A stretch of 49,464 bases of DNA, counting the filler, from Jimgerdemannia flammicorona (Eukaryota), in the NCBI GenBank assembly GCA_003990765.1. It is 2 parts of 2 records of this genome, joined end to end, with 100 filler letters (N's around TTAATTAATTAA, not from the genome) between each part and the next. Parts side by side here need not be neighbours in the genome. Positions count along the whole stretch, not along the records: positions 1 to 24,682 come from RBNJ01000940.1; 1 more part is not named here. One strand, 5' to 3'. The notes under the pieces are model-generated. The model searched no databases, was not told the origin of the DNA, and worked only from the letters and a program-made list of their open reading frames with translations. How positions within the stretch are numbered: the first letter of the stretch is position 1; each line of letters begins with the position of its first letter. This document shows positions 1-11,988 of this stretch, one piece after another. Position numbers and translations under genes: made by a program.

Positions 1-150
1 AAAAAAAAGAGAACTAATAAGTCTATAGGTAGATATACTTTAAACTCACTCACTTCTATATCTCAAGAACTTTGTAAAGTCAAAGAAGATCAAGTTTTCA
101 AGATATAGAAATCTGATATACTTATATAGTTATACATCTACTACATTACA
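1..150 (+). repeat. 3' part of 5' LTR of element A
   Basis: Aligns by eye with ~6270-6426; ends ...ctacattaca and is followed by acttagtgcc (decayed TGG-initiated primer-binding site). Confidence 0.85.
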
Positions 151-2334
151 ACTTAGTGCCTATTGGCTGATAATTTAAGATAAATCCCTCTCTTTTAAGC
201 TGAATAATGAACAACTGCTACTATCTGAACAACTGTATAAATCAAATTAAGACAACTAAATAAGATGGATATAAGACCACCAGTATTCTATGAATATATT
301 TCAGATAAATTAATTATTATCTTTATTGATAATTTTGAGCAATATGCTACTATAAGAATACTGACAGTAAGGTAGCAAGTAGCCCTCATGCTCTTCAGTC
401 TCTGAGGTCTAGTAAGAGCAGTATTCACAGCTACAACCCATGTGGAAAATAATGATGATGCTGTACTGATAGCACAGAAGGCCTGACTTAGAGCTACTTA
501 CTATACAGATGAGATCAAGTAAGTCCTGAAGAATTAGCTCAATACAATATGTCAAGAAATGAGTAAGAATCTAAACACATTCTACACCAGAATTCAATAT
601 TAGATAATTTTTGCAGATTATGATGCTGTCATCAGAGATCAAGTAGCTAAGGTAATCTTTATAAAGAGAGTCTATTCAGAGATAGTCATGGTCATCTGCT
701 TATCACCAGTAGTTCTGGATCTAGTACAAAAGATCACCTATGCTCAGTGATACTAAATAATCAGATATCTATAAGACTATATAATAAAAAGAGTCACTGA
801 AGTTAGAATTGAAGTATCTAAGACAATTAGTATAATCCTCATCATGATGATCAATTGAAACACACCTCAGCCAAGAGCTACTAAATAGTAAAGAAATAGT
901 GACTCTATAGAGAAACTAGCTAAGAAGTTCACTAAAATTACTATCCATTTAGGAGATATAGTATAGAAAATCAGAAGAAGAGATTATTACTTAGTTCAAA
1001 AGTTTACTACTATATTAGACAAGAAGAGAGATATCTGCTATACTTGTGGAGAAGAAGGCCACTACTCATATGAATATATAAGTGAGATCAAGTACAAGAT
1101 ATAGTTAAGTAATACTACTTTGAATAGAAAACAGGCCAATACTATTATCTTTGAAAAAATTGAAGAATCTGATAAAGAAGAATAAGAGGTCTACTCTATA
1201 TAGACCACTAAGAAGGATATTCATAAAAAAACTCTACAAGAGATCACCAGAGAGACTTAAGAAGAATCTAGTAGAGAAATAGATAGAAACTACTATAGAA
1301 AGCCAAGCTGAAGAAATAGATCAAGATATAGAGCTTGAGCAAGTAGTTTAAGATATTATCTAAAGAACTACTCTAGTCTCAGCCAGTGAAGAAGAAAAGA
1401 AAAAGAAGCTTGGTAAAACCAAGATCTTTAAGTATGATATCTTCAAGAGCCTTAGCTAATAAAAGATCTATACAACCTTTGACCAGCTGGCAGAAATTCC
1501 TACATTCAGATAGCAAATGAGATATGGACTTACTGAGATAATAACTAAGAAGTAAGATTGGAAGATAACTAAAGCCATCAATATTCAAAAAGACTCAGAA
1601 GAAGAAAGTAAAGATAATTGCAAGATCTCTATCTATACAACCTATTAAATCAAAAATAGAATCTTCAAGACCATTATTGATACTAAAGTAGAAGAATACC
1701 TCTTCCACAAGAAAGCAGCAAATTGCCTAGGTTGGGAGGTTGAAAAAGCAACCAAGTTGGTATTCATTATAGTAAATAGAATAAGAGCTACACCTCTGAG
1801 AAAGATCTGAGATATCTCTATCAAGTTTAGAGAAATAACTATCCTAGTAGATGTTATTGTAACTAATATAATCAACTATGATATTCTTATCAGTAATTAA
1901 TAGCTTTATAAAGTCAGAACAATAATTGATCTGAATGCTCAGTAGATATAGATTATTTATCAAGAACAGAAGATATAGATTTCCATCAATGTCAACAAAA
2001 GAGTACTCTCTAAAATAGAAGAAGAAAGTAAGTAAGAAGAAGTCTACATAGTGACTATTTAGAAAAAGAAGAAGAAAGTTAGATAGATCAGTGAAAAGGA
2101 CTGATATAAAAAGATTATTGAAGAATATACACTATAAGAAGTCTGCCCCCATGTAATCAAGATATACTATATGGAGTATATTAATAATTACTATTAATAT
2201 ACTGGCAGAATTAAGAAGATCTACTATAAAAGAAGACAGAAGGTCTTCAAGAAACAGACAAGAGAAGAAAAGAAGAAGAAAGAGGATGACAAATCATCAG
2301 CCCTTTTAGAAAATAGTGATGATGAAGAAGAAAT

Positions 2335-2750
2335 CAAGATCAAGATTCAGAAAATCTACCCTGATACAGTTCTATCAGAATATAGATCAGAGAATATAGC
2401 TGGAATAGATATTACTATAGTAAAAGAAACCACACTCAAGCTCCAGATAACTACCCTACTTACAACTGGTTTAGAGATGACTATTCCAAAAGACTATATC
2501 AGAATCCTCAAGATAAAAAGCAGCCTAGTCAAAAGTGAGATTACTATTGAAGGAGGAGGAGTCAATTCAGACTATATTAGAGAAATACTACTTATTGCTA
2601 GGAACTACAACTCTATGATTCCATTTCCAATCAAGAAGAAGAATTGACTGATACTGATGTTAATCTTCTCAGTTCTTTAGCCAAAGATCATGAAAGTTAA
2701 GAAGTTGAAGAAAACAGAGAGAGAAAGAAAAGAATTTGAATCTATAAGAA
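2335..2750 (+). pseudogene. dUTPase domain remnant in pol of element A
   Basis: Translation ...AGIDI...TTGLEMTIPKDY...KSSL...TIEGGGVNSDYIREI...ETERERKEFESIR resembles dUTPase motifs I-III and V (TERG..GFGSTG with G->A changes). Confidence 0.8.
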
Positions 2751-5430
2751 GAGGAGTATTCATTAGTATTAAGATTACTAAACCCAACTATAAGAAGGAG
2801 AAAACTACAAATAAGTATAGTTATACCATTGAAAATAAATTCCCACTCAAGAAGGAACTCAAGAAGATACTCTATAATTTGAGAATATTCTGGCTATAGA
2901 TTTTAAGAATATCAAAGAAAAGACCCTACACTACTATTATGATATATATAGATATAGGGGATACCAAACCAATCTATTAAAAAGCAAGACCAATTTTGCC
3001 AGCTTACTGTAAATGACTCAGAGAAGAAATCAAGTAGATGGAAGAAGCCAGTATTATTAAAGAAGCCAGCAGTTCTTGGACTTCATCAGTTGTACTAGCT
3101 CTGAAGAAAGAAAACAAATTAGAAGAATTTGCCTCAAGACTCTATACTGATTACAGAAAGCTCAATCTGGCTATCAAGAAGGACTACTAACTACTACCCC
3201 TTATTAGCAACATTCTTGTAACTCTGGGAGATGAAGTACAGTATTATAATACTTTGGATTTATACTCAGAATTATATCAAATCAGTCTCACAGAAGCAGT
3301 AAGTGAGAAGTTAGCCTTTATCACTCTAGACAGAACTTATGTCTATCTGCAAATATTATTTAGAATATACAATATACCAGTAAGCTTTCAGCAAATAATG
3401 AACAAAATCTTCTACTATAATATGAGAAGATAGATGATAGTTTATATGAATAATATTATTATCTATAGTAAAATAGCTAAAGAATATCTGCAGTATATCC
3501 AGCAGATGATGGCAAAGCTAAGGAAGTATAGTCTATATATTAAGTCCAAGAAATATAAGTTCACAGAAATTGAGATCTTCTATCTTGATCATATTATTAA
3601 CTGAGATAAAACATATATAGACTCTCTTAAGATTCAAGCAGTAGCAGTATATCCAAGACTCACTACTATCACTAAAGTCCAAGTTTTCATAGAACTCACT
3701 TTATACTATTATAGATTTATATGAGAATTCTCCAACATTGCAGGTCCAATCTATAAGCTCATAAGTTCCAATAGACTGATAGGTAATAAAAAGCATTTGA
3801 TGAGCTCAAGATCAGACTGACTCAGACATCTATTCTCAGAAGACCCAATTGGACTCAAGAATTTATTTTGTAGACAGATATAAGTGCACAAGAACTAGAA
3901 GTAGTTCTGACTTAGAAGAAAGATAAAGTAGAGTATATCATCACATATCTTAGCTGAGAAATCTGAGGAGCTAAAAAGGAATATAAATTCTATAAGTTAG
4001 AATGTCTTATAGTTATCTGAGCTATAGAAAAGTTCCACTACTATCTTACTGAAAGATACTTCACTATCTAGATAGACTACTCAGCCCTCACTTAGTTACT
4101 AACCACTGGGCAACTTAAATGAATCTATGCTAGATAGATTATGAAGTTGTAGGCCTATAATATAATCATTGTGCACCACTCTGAAAGAACCAATACCAAT
4201 ATAGATACTCTCTCATAGATACTCTGAAGAGCTCCAACCAATGAATCAATAATGAATAAAGAGCTTTACTATAGAATTATTATTTATCTAAGATAGCAAA
4301 AGATGTCTCAACATCTGGAAGAATAGACACAAATGATTATCAACAGAACATAAAAACAATTTGAAACTAATGAAGAAATATTAAAAAAAAAAAAAGCTAT
4401 TAGTTATACTCAAATATAAGAAGAAGCAAATAATGAAATCAGTATATAAACTCAGTTATCTAGGAGGAACAAATACCTATAAAAAAATAAAAAGAACAAT
4501 ATAGTAGTCAGAAATGGAGGAAGATATCAGATGATTTGTCAAGACCTATGATAAATATCAAAAATAGAAATAAGATCAATGAAATCAGACTCTGAGATTA
4601 ATATACATAGAACCAATACTCTTTGTTTATATAATAATAGATATAATCAGCCCTCTACTCTTGACTTTGAATAGCAATTAATATATTATTATTATTGTAG
4701 ACCTTTTTATAAAATAGATAAAAGCAGAACCTTTTAAAGAAGCCAATATATAGTCAATTACTAATTTCTTTACAAAGAAATCATCTGTTAATTCAAGACC
4801 CCATTATAAGTAACTATAGACAGAGGAACAGAATTTGTGAATCAGTTCTTTGAGATTCTCTATAAGAAGTATAAGATCTAGTACATTCAGACTATAGCCT
4901 ACTACTTTCAAGAAAATAGATAAGTAGAAAAGACTAATAAGACTCTCAAGAATATTATTATCAAGATCTATAATAACTACAAAAATTGGAATCACTATCT
5001 GCCAATAGTATTATCTACTCTCTGGGATATTTGATCACAAAGCATCTATTTTATATCTTGGGAAATACTGCTTAGAGAAGAAAGTTCTTAAGGAACTCTA
5101 TTATCTAATAAAAATACTATATGGAAATATATGGATATAGAGATTTAGAAACTATACCAAATCAGAAAGAAGGTTAAGGATTATATAACCAAGATATAGG
5201 TACTATAACAGAATAATATAAAAAAAGTTCATAAGCCTCTAGAAATTATCAAGATAGTAGTATATTAGAATATAGTAGAAGTTTCATAGTCATAAAAACT
5301 GAAGCTTAAGTAGGAAGGACCTTATCTTGTATAAGATATATATGTATAAAAAGAACTACCTTTTGGCTACAAAAACTCTCAGACATAATCATCCCTACTT
5401 CCATTCACTAAAACTAACTCAAAAAGTATT

Positions 5431-5892
5431 ATGGCTAATCAATAGAGTACTGTAGCAGCCCTCAAGATCACTAGTACTATACAATATATTATAGAAAGAC
5501 AATGGTATACTACTGAGTCACTTATAATAGAGGAATTCTTCAATAGTATCCAGAGTATAGTACAGACACACTTATCATAAATTTCACATTTCAAGATCTA
5601 CCAGAACTAGACCAAGTTTCAAAAATACTTTAAGTTAGGATAACTACTAAACTCATAGTCAGAGATGAAAAAAGAAGACTAGATTAGAGAGTGCCAGCTC
5701 TCTCATACTCAAATTACTATCACTAAATAAGTTAATAAGTTATTTAAAGATAATGAGCTAGCTCTAGCTCATTTCCAAAGAGTTGTCTCAGGAGACTTTA
5801 GATATATCAAAAGACACTATTGAGAGAATATAATAATACAAATCACATAATATAAGGAGATACAACTTGTGAAGGCTTGGGAGTTTAAGTGA
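5431..5892 (+). pseudogene. Decayed third ORF (154 codons) between integrase and PPT of element A
   Basis: ATG overlaps the pol end (tATGgcTAA). Single frame to TGA 5890-5892; internal stops are explicable as transitions. A second copy lies at ~7579-8043. Confidence 0.7.
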
Positions 5893-5933
5893 ATAGGATA
5901 TTTCAGAGATAAATTACCTATTTAGGAGGAAGT

Positions 5934-6426
5934 TGTGATGGTTTATCTAAATTAGGAATATGAATCAAGAGAATAGACATTTGATTATAATATCTGAATC
6001 TGATTCTCAAATATAGTATAGTTTTACAAATAGCAGTCATTTTACAAATATTAAAGTTTTGATAAATATTAATATTTTTACAAATATCAAGATTTTACAG
6101 ATGTTAAATCTTGACAATTATCAAAGATTTAACAGATATCAAGAATTAATACTTGTGAAAAATAACTTACAAGAAACATAGTTATAACTTAGCTACCTTA
6201 TAGCTAGCAAACTTATATAAATATTTCCAGTATCTAGAGTGAATAAATCTCAGATCAAAATAGTTCAAAGTAAAGAGAAAGTAAGAGAACTAGTAAGCCT
6301 ACAGGCAGATACACTTTGAACTCATCTACTTCTATATCTCAAAGACTCTGTAGAGTTAAAGAAGATTAAGTTTTCAAAATATAGAAATCTGACATATTTA
6401 TATAATTATGCATTTACTATATTATA
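5934..6426 (+). repeat. 3' LTR of element A (~490 bp) with internal ~19-20-bp tandem repeats
   Basis: Starts TG after PPT; distal part matches 1-150; tttacaaatat-type repeats at ~6020-6150. Confidence 0.85.
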
Positions 6427-8453
6427 TCATATATATATTACTCATTTATAATATCATTACTAGATTATATAATTACTATTTGTAATATATATATTACAGA
6501 TTCTTATAACAGAACCTAAAAATAATTTAAAACTAATAAAGAAATACTAAAGAAAGAAACCTACTAGTTATACTAGAGTATAAGAAGGAGTAAGTAATAA
6601 AGTCAATATATAAATTTGGTCATCTAAGAGAAATAAATATCTTAATAAAATAAGAAAAATAATATAGTGGTCAAGAATAGAGAAATATCAGATAATTTGT
6701 CAAAATCTATAATAAATATCAGAAACAGAAGTAAGACTAATAAAATCAGATACCAGAATTAGTAGATATATAGAATTAGTATTATTTACTTATATTACAA
6801 TAGATATAATTGACCCTCTATCTATAATATTAACTGGTAACTAATATGTTATTATTATTATAGATCTCTTTATAAAATAAATAGAAGTAGGATCTCTCAA
6901 AGAAGTCAATATATAGTCAATCACTAATTTCTTTTACAAATTATCTACTAATTCAAGACTCTAAAGTAAATAATAACAGATAGAGAAACAGAATTTATAA
7001 ACTAGCTCTTCAAGGTTCTTTACAAGAAGTACAAGATTTAGTATATTAGAACTATAGCTTATTATCTTCAGAAAAATGAATAAACAGAAAGGACCAATAA
7101 GACTCTCAAAAATATTATTGCTAAGATATGTAATAATTACAAAAATTGGGCTACTATCTGTCAATATATAGTATTATCTGTTCTCTAGAATATATAATTA
7201 TAAAGTACCTACTTTAACTCTCAGAAACTACTATTTAGAGAAGAAAGTTCTAAAGCAATCTTATTATCTAATAGAGATATAGTATGAAAATAAGTAGATA
7301 TCAAAATATAGAGATTATACCAAATAAGAAAGAAGACTGAGAATTATATAATTCAGATATAGATATTATAATGAAATAATATAGAGAAGTTTCATAAGCC
7401 CTTGGAGATTATTAAAATAAGAGATAAAGTTCTAATATAATAGAATATAGTAGAAGCTTTTATATAGAAAGAACTTTACCTTGTGCAAAATATAAAAAAA
7501 AAACTATCTTTTAATTATAGAAACTATCAGATATAATCATTCTTACTACTATCTATTGAAACTGACTTAAGAAGTACTATAGCTAACTAACAAAGTACTG
7601 CTGTAGCTCTCAAGATTACTAGTATTACCCAGTAAGCTATAGAAAGATAATAGTATTCTATTAAGCTATCTACTATAGAGAAATTCTTTAATAGTATTCA
7701 AGATATTATACAGACTTATTTATTATATATTTCACACTTTAGAGTCTACTAAAACTATACTGAGTTTTAAGAGTATTTTAAGTTAGAATAATTAGTAAAT
7801 TAAGAAAAGGATATAATTAAAAAAGAGTAGATTATCAAGTATCAGATATTATATATCTAAATCACTATTACCAAATAGGTTTACAAACTATTTAAAGATA
7901 TAAAATAAGCTAGTTTTAGCTCATTTCTGAGAAGTACTTCTGGAAGATTTCAGATAGGTAAAAAGATATAATTGAGAGTATATAATCAAGCAGATTATAC
8001 AGTATAAGAATATATAACTAGTAGAAGCTTAGAAGTTTGAATAAGGTAATTCAGAGATAAAGTCACTTATTTAGGAGAAAATTATATATATAATAGTTAA
8101 TCTAAATTAGAAACTATAATTAGAAAATAGATATTTGATCATAGTATCTAAATCTGATTTCTAATATATAATATAGTATTATAGTTAGTAGTTATTCAAT
8201 CTTATAGTTATATGATTTATATAATTATATAAAAAGTATAACTATATAAAACTTATAATTATATATATTATACAGACAGATCTCACAACTATATGAAATA
8301 ACTCATAGAAAAAAAAGTCTTAACTTAGTCACTATATAGCTAGCAAACTTATATAAATAATATCAGTATCTAGAGTAAATAAATCTCAGATTGAAATAGC
8401 TCAAAGTAATAAAACAAGAGAACTAGTAAGCCTGTAGACAGATATACTTCAAA

Positions 8454-10507
8454 TGTAAGAGGGTTGCTTTTTAGGGTAACTGTTACATAGTTCTAAAATG
8501 GTTTTCTGGAAGTTCTGGATATTCTGGAAGACTGTTTTTTTATGGTCAAGATCAATTTCATATGGAGTATGTCCTCTATGCTTTTTGATTTCAAGATCAG
8601 GTTGATGTCTCAACCAAAGTCCTTTTTCGGACTAGTTCTGGATATTCAGAATTTTCTATATTTCAGGAAGTTCAAGAAACTAAGACCAGCTTAGTTGAAT
8701 TAGCATATTGCTGCAGACAATACCCAATTAGGAAATTTTATGACAGGGTTAGGAGTGGGACCTAATGGGGGGCAGATTTACTTAAGAGTGGTTTGTGAGT
8801 TATTAAATAGGTTTATTTGCTATTTATAATATTACTATACTAGGAGTAGTTATTGGGGGGATATTGTGGGGAAGTGCTCAGGAGTTATTGTGTTCAGATT
8901 GTTTGAGTCTGGGATTCTGAGGTCTGGGGGAGGGGGTATTTATACTAGTGAGGGGCTATCTGGACTATACTAGATATAGATGTAGCACTAAGTGCTTTGC
9001 TGAGTCAGAATGCAGTCATGTAGTATAAGTGTGATCTGACATATCAAGAGATCATCTGACTGCTGAGTCAGTTCACAGTCATGTCATATAAGGCTAATCT
9101 AACTATACTATGACTGCTAGGCTATTTATAGGTTTAGGCACTATCTGGGTAGTCCTCGATGATATCACTATCAATTACATCATCTCTGATAAAGTAGTTA
9201 TCTAGGAAGAGTGGTTCACGGATTACTTCTCCTTGTTCACTGAGGTAATAATATATTGGAACTTCATCTCCATCCTACAAGATGGCATCATCAGTCTCAT
9301 ATACTGGATAAGGTGTTGGTGGGTGAAGGAGGGGTGCATTATCTTCACTTTCATCGGATTTGCTATCTGTATACCTTCTGTAAGTTACAGTACTATGAGT
9401 TACAGAGTTATAGTAAGCTGGTGGCTGTGGTTCATGTCACTCATACTTGAGTGGTGGAGTGGTTGGTTTAATCTCGAGGGTTGTCTGGAGGTACAGGTTA
9501 TGTTCTCCAGTCTCTTCATTGTAGTTGAAGTAATCGGGGGTGAATGTGGGTTGGTATTTATACCAGTGGTCATTGTCTCAATAAGTCTCATATGCTATTA
9601 TGAATTGTTGTAAGTTCATTGGCAAGGTTGGCAGTGTGATCAGAGTTGGCAGAGATCCTTGGCTAGAGGTCATATCGACGTCAGAGGGATCATTGTCTTC
9701 TGCTTTATCTTCATTGAAGTGGATTATATCATAGATGTCCTTTATAGTATATCCAACTTGAGACATTTACAGGATATGATCATTGGGGTGTGGAAAGGTT
9801 CTGTTTGTGGTTTCGATGTACTTGAGATACTTGTAGTTGAGTTCTTGTATCATGTCATCGATTTGGCCATAGGATAGAGTAGCAACCATTTTGGTTGTGG
9901 TAACTTGGAGGTGGGGAATAATGGTGCTATATTTATAGAAGAGTTCTCGATATTTGCAAGTGATGAGCTTCTGGTGTTAAGACATCTGGGTAATATCTAT
10001 ATCGTGGTGGTGTTCAATCATGTCTTCTAGGAGGTGGCTGATCTGGTAATAGCTTGAGATTTGTCCGATTTGGTGGGCCTTACTAAGTATGTTTAAAGTA
10101 TTCCATCAGACTTCTATGAAGTAGAGGAGTGCTAGGCTATGGATATTCATAAGGAGCAGAGGGAGTATGGCTCAGTTGACAATAGCATTCCAAATGTCAG
10201 TACAGATATAGGTATAGATCTCAGTGGTCATGTTTGTGTATTTGGAAGTTATAGTTGTTATTTGTTTTGGTTCTCTGATTCGACGTATCTTGGTACTCAG
10301 TATATATGCATTTGATCCTGATTGGTAAGATTCTATTTATATAAGTCTTGTATTCTGTAACTTCATATTGACTCAGCTTTGTGTGCTGTAACTTCAGTTT
10401 GACTCAGCTTCATGATCAAGCAGGTGATTTAGAGGTCACATGTGATTTCAGTGGCTTGTTCAGAGGGTGACGTGTAATTTCGGTGGCTTGGAGGTTGTGC
10501 ACTTATA
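8454..10507. mobile_element. Nested 2054-bp solo-LTR-like insertion
   Basis: Termini TGTAAG...CTTATA (CTTACA with one transition); 5-bp target duplication tcaaa (8449-8453) / ttaaa (10508-10512); interrupts the host LTR. Confidence 0.8.
9134..10231 (-). pseudogene. Decayed 365-codon ORF of unknown function inside the nested element
   Basis: ATG ACC ACT GAG ATC at 10231 reads in one frame to TAA at 9134-9136 (1098 bp). Internal stops TGA/TAA/TAG are consistent with CGA/CAA/CAG. Includes track ORF 9578-9766. TATA-like cttatataaatag ~100 bp upstream on the minus strand. Confidence 0.7.
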
Positions 10508-11988
10508 TTAAACTTACCTACTCCTATATATATCCAAAGACTCTAAGGAGTCAATAAAGATCAAGTATTCAAGATAAAGAAATCTACTACACTTTTAAGA
10601 TTATATATATTTACTATATATTTTTCTTTAAAAAAAAAAAAAATCTAATATTAAATATATTAATATATTACTAAAGTTTATTATATTAAATTATTTTATA
10701 ATCTAAATTTATTTGTAATAAAAAATATATATTATTTTTTAAATTATTATTATAATATATATCTCTTAGTCTATAAATGAGAACATAACTAAGTAGATAA
10801 TTGTTATTTTGAAAAAACATTTTTTTCAAAATGAATTTTTTTATAAAATTTTGATCAAAAGTAAATATATATATATATATTATTATTATTTTATGAGTTA
10901 AATTTCAAAAGCCAAATTTGGCTACATTATAGAATAATAGATATATATATATTGATAATTTTTATAATTTTTTATAATTAATTTTATATTTTGTACAAGC
11001 TCAAATATAAAATAAACTATGAGATATTATAATTATTTAAATATATATCTTTTATTTAATAAAAATTATTAATTTATAAATATATTATTATTTAATTTAT
11101 AAATTCTATTTTAATTTAGGGGGGGTTTTTTTTTTGGTTTATTTATTCATTTATATATATTCTCATGTTTCAACAGTATTGCTTACCTTTCTCTAGATTT
11201 CAACACGATCTGCTACTGTGGCGTTTTCTTATCTATGATATCTCCGGCGTCACGGTGTTGTCGATGCCAAACCGTAATTATAATTATGTTTAAGGGATGA
11301 GCAAAGTGAGGCATACCGTTATTATAAGGATTTAGGAGCCGAGTGCTCTCGGCTTTCGTCCAATTCTTGATAAAACCCACCCGTCGCGGCTCCCCCGTTA
11401 TACGGAATAACCGCTCTCTTCGTTGTCACCTCACTTTACCCTGCGAAATATTACTATACACAGTTTAGAGAAGGCAAAAAGACAATGGCCAAAATGCACT
11501 TATATTGTCAAGAACCAAAAATAGGTTATCTATGTTGGTTTTGTGAACTTTTATGTAATTCCAAGATGTACGGCTCTTTAGGGGCATCTACCGTTGTAGC
11601 AGTATCCACTGTATACAATCCGAATGTTCGCACTGTCTCCGAATGTTCGCAGTCTCATCTCCGAATGTTTGCGCAGTCCCCCGAATGTTCGCACCACGAT
11701 TTTGTGACAAATGCGGCAATTTGCGAGCTGGGCATTGCAGGTGTTGCCTACCTAGTATGTAGCTTTGGCTGGAAAGTGGGATTGTCGGTACAACTGTCAA
11801 TAAGATGAAACCTTAAAGATAACTGGAAAGAGGAGCTCCGGTAACCAAGCTCAACCAGTCCAATAGCGATAATCAGTCGGAATATGAACATTGACATATA
11901 TAAGTCGCCTTTCGGGCTGATTTGCAGCAAACCACTCTCAACGGTTCTCGGGCCCACTTACAAACACCTTCGATATAAACGGCCATCG

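Larger units (their letters stand above)
1..6426 (+). mobile_element. Degenerate Ty3/Gypsy LTR retrotransposon (element A): LTR-gag-PR-dUTPase-RT-RNaseH-IN-ORF3-LTR; 5' LTR cut by window edge
   Basis: 1-150 matches ~6270-6426 (LTR ends ...ttaca / ...ttata). Decayed motifs in order: zinc knuckle CYTCGEEGHYSYE(Y) at 1036, protease IIDT(K)(V) ~1673, dUTPase ~2335-2750, RT RLYTDYRKLN ~3138 and VYM(NN) ~3440, RNase H FIL*TD ~3862, integrase C-terminus K*EGPY ~5310. PPT tttaggaggaagt precedes TGTGATG at 5934. Many premature stops. Confidence 0.93.
6540..10620 (+). mobile_element. Second, more decayed 3' fragment of the element A family (integrase-ORF3-LTR); its LTR is split by a nested insertion
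   Basis: 6660-8080 parallels ~4500-5930. The LTR from ~8083 breaks at 8453 (...gatatacttcaaa) and resumes at 10508-10620 (ttaaacttacctactcc...gatcaagtattcaagataaagaaatct). Confidence 0.85.

Noticed and set aside
9233..9877. Hydrophobic plus-strand ORFs suggesting an env-like membrane protein
   Set aside because: They are the antisense shadow of the longer minus-strand frame 10231-9134.
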